A stretch of DNA of 64,000 bases. Origin: Euprymna scolopes (lineage: Eukaryota). The DNA lies in NCBI GenBank assembly GCA_053919585.1, contig CM132799.1; one strand, given 5' to 3'. Shown one piece after another: positions 62,144 through 64,000 of the stretch (positions are counted from its first letter, which is position 1; each line of letters begins with the position of its first letter). The notes below the pieces were generated by a model. The model saw only the letters and a program-made list of their open reading frames with translations, was not told the DNA's origin and did no database searches. The position numbers and the translations under genes are program-made.

Positions 62144-64000
62144 TTAATCGATTAAAAAAATTATTTTTTTATTGAAATAAAAAATAAGATTAGGTAAAAT
62201 TAAAACAAATTTTTAAAAAATCCTATTTGGAGGGGAAAAAGTATAAGTATTCAAAAAACACCACAAGAAATTCACATATTACCTTAGAGTATTATCTGGT
62301 AGCTGATTGCATTATCAATCCATCCTACAATCTGGAATGATCTTTGATAAAGATCCTTGACTTCCCTCTTTTCAATAGTTTTTAATATTTATAACAAGTT
62401 ACATTTCTCACTTGCACTTTGTCACTAGTACTCTATTTTTTGGTGGGGGGCGGCAGATTTGATTTGTTGGGATGTATACATACCCCTCCCCCTTCCATCA
62501 TAATTTAAATCTCTCTTCAGGTGGTATTTAATTTAAAATATAGGTCATACTATTAAATCTTTAATCTGTTCTTGTAGTAATATATATATTATGGGACAAT
62601 TTTTGGTTCAAAAATTATATAATAAATTTTATTATAGGCTATCATTCTCCAATTTCTAGTAACAGGTTGATCATTCGGTGGAATTTTTATTACAGATGAC
62701 CATCTTTTTAATAGTGTGGTATTTAGCTCACACAAATGTCGATTATAAGCAGCAAAGGTTTGCCATGTACATTGCAAAATTGTTACGTATATAGAAATGG
62801 TACAGAAAATGTTAAAATTATTAACGGCATAACAACCTTTTTTCAATCCTTTTATATATATTAGCCATCACAACACTTTGAGAATTGTTGTAGTCTTCAA
62901 GTACTGGAAAAACACACACAAACAGAAAGTAATAAACGAGAAATTGTATTAACAGAAAATAACAAAACTAATGTTGTAACAGAGGCGGCTTTCTCATTTG
63001 GCTTCTCTTCTGAATGATGCCGACTGGACATAATGGTTCTGTTTGTAGAATCAAGAAAAGTCCATGCAATGATGGAATAGGGTAGATTACCATAATAAGG
63101 ATGCTGAGTGAAAACTGAATGTTTTCAAATTTTAATTCGCCAATGTGATTGCTCATCCCCAATAAATAGGGGTATATTTTTTTTACTGAGAAAATAATTA
63201 ATCACTGGAAAAAACAAGTTACCAGAGGATGTCAATGTAAATTTTAAAATCTTAACAGATTTCATAATTATGCTATAAAAAATGGATGATGGTATGTGAA
63301 ACTTTGAGATGTTTAAAAGAATCTGAACTTTCTGGAAGTTACTGATGTCATGAGGAAAAGTCAAAACACAAAAGAAATTCTGCTAGTAGTGGATTAGCTT
63401 TTGCAGTTTTATTTTATCTGTTCTATGATCTATATGTGAAGCAAAGCCTAATTTAGGAGTCCAATTATTACCTTTATTATGATATAAAGCCTGGGTTTCG
63501 AATGCTACCCAGGAATTAGTATTAACATTAACGAAGAACATTTGTTTAATTAATTTTTTTTTATTGTTAAAAAAAAAGCTCCAGTTTAAATATAGCTTAA
63601 GATAGTGACAGATAATCCAGAAATGTATCAATTTAAAACGAATTTTAATGTTGAAATCAACTTTTGCATAAAAAACCTTGCCTAATATTTTTACAAGATG
63701 CCTGTGGAAGCATAAATAAATAAATTATAAATCTTGCAATGTCACAAATATTTAGACTTCATCAAGACTAGAATACCTGAAATGTCTGCCATTTTGGTTT
63801 CCTTAGGCCCCCCTCCCCCTCTAAAAAAAATCTGAATTCCAAAATTGTGCCAAAAGCATAATGACACATGCTGGTGCAATTTTCGAATGCAGAAAGAGAG
63901 GTGGAGGGGGTCAACTTTTAAGACTGACAAAATGGTGGGCATTCTTGAGTGCTCTGGATTTGATAGTTAAGGGACTTTTTTAATGCTAAATCAAGATGGG

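Overview
AT-rich eukaryotic (animal) DNA, probably mollusc or cephalopod, inferred from base composition, microsatellites and repeat content. The window lies inside one large + strand gene, an OSBPL9/ORP9 oxysterol-binding-protein-related gene. Four small coding exons are visible (18141-18217, 28603-28695, 31011-31088, 47756-47806), covering the end of the PH domain and the following helical region. The rest is intron filled with transposable elements. These include five CR1/L2-group LINE copies, R4/Dong-like and RTE-like LINE fragments, three copies of a structured SINE-like element with no tRNA head, two Tc1/mariner relics and a degenerate full-length Sola2-type transposon. There are also two inverted copies of an unclassified 2.4-kb DNA element with a 7-bp TSD, several MITEs, and about seven non-autonomous Helitrons, several carrying tRNA-derived modules. 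Minisatellites, a 3-kb AT satellite and two assembly gaps complete the window. Most notable: a four-level TE nest, kilobase inverted repeats bracketing phase-0 exons, head-to-tail arrays of divergent Helitrons, a near-canonical minimal hammerhead ribozyme, and a hairpin covering a decoy 3' splice site. No new protein-coding system is evident, and nearly all listed ORFs are TE relics or noise.
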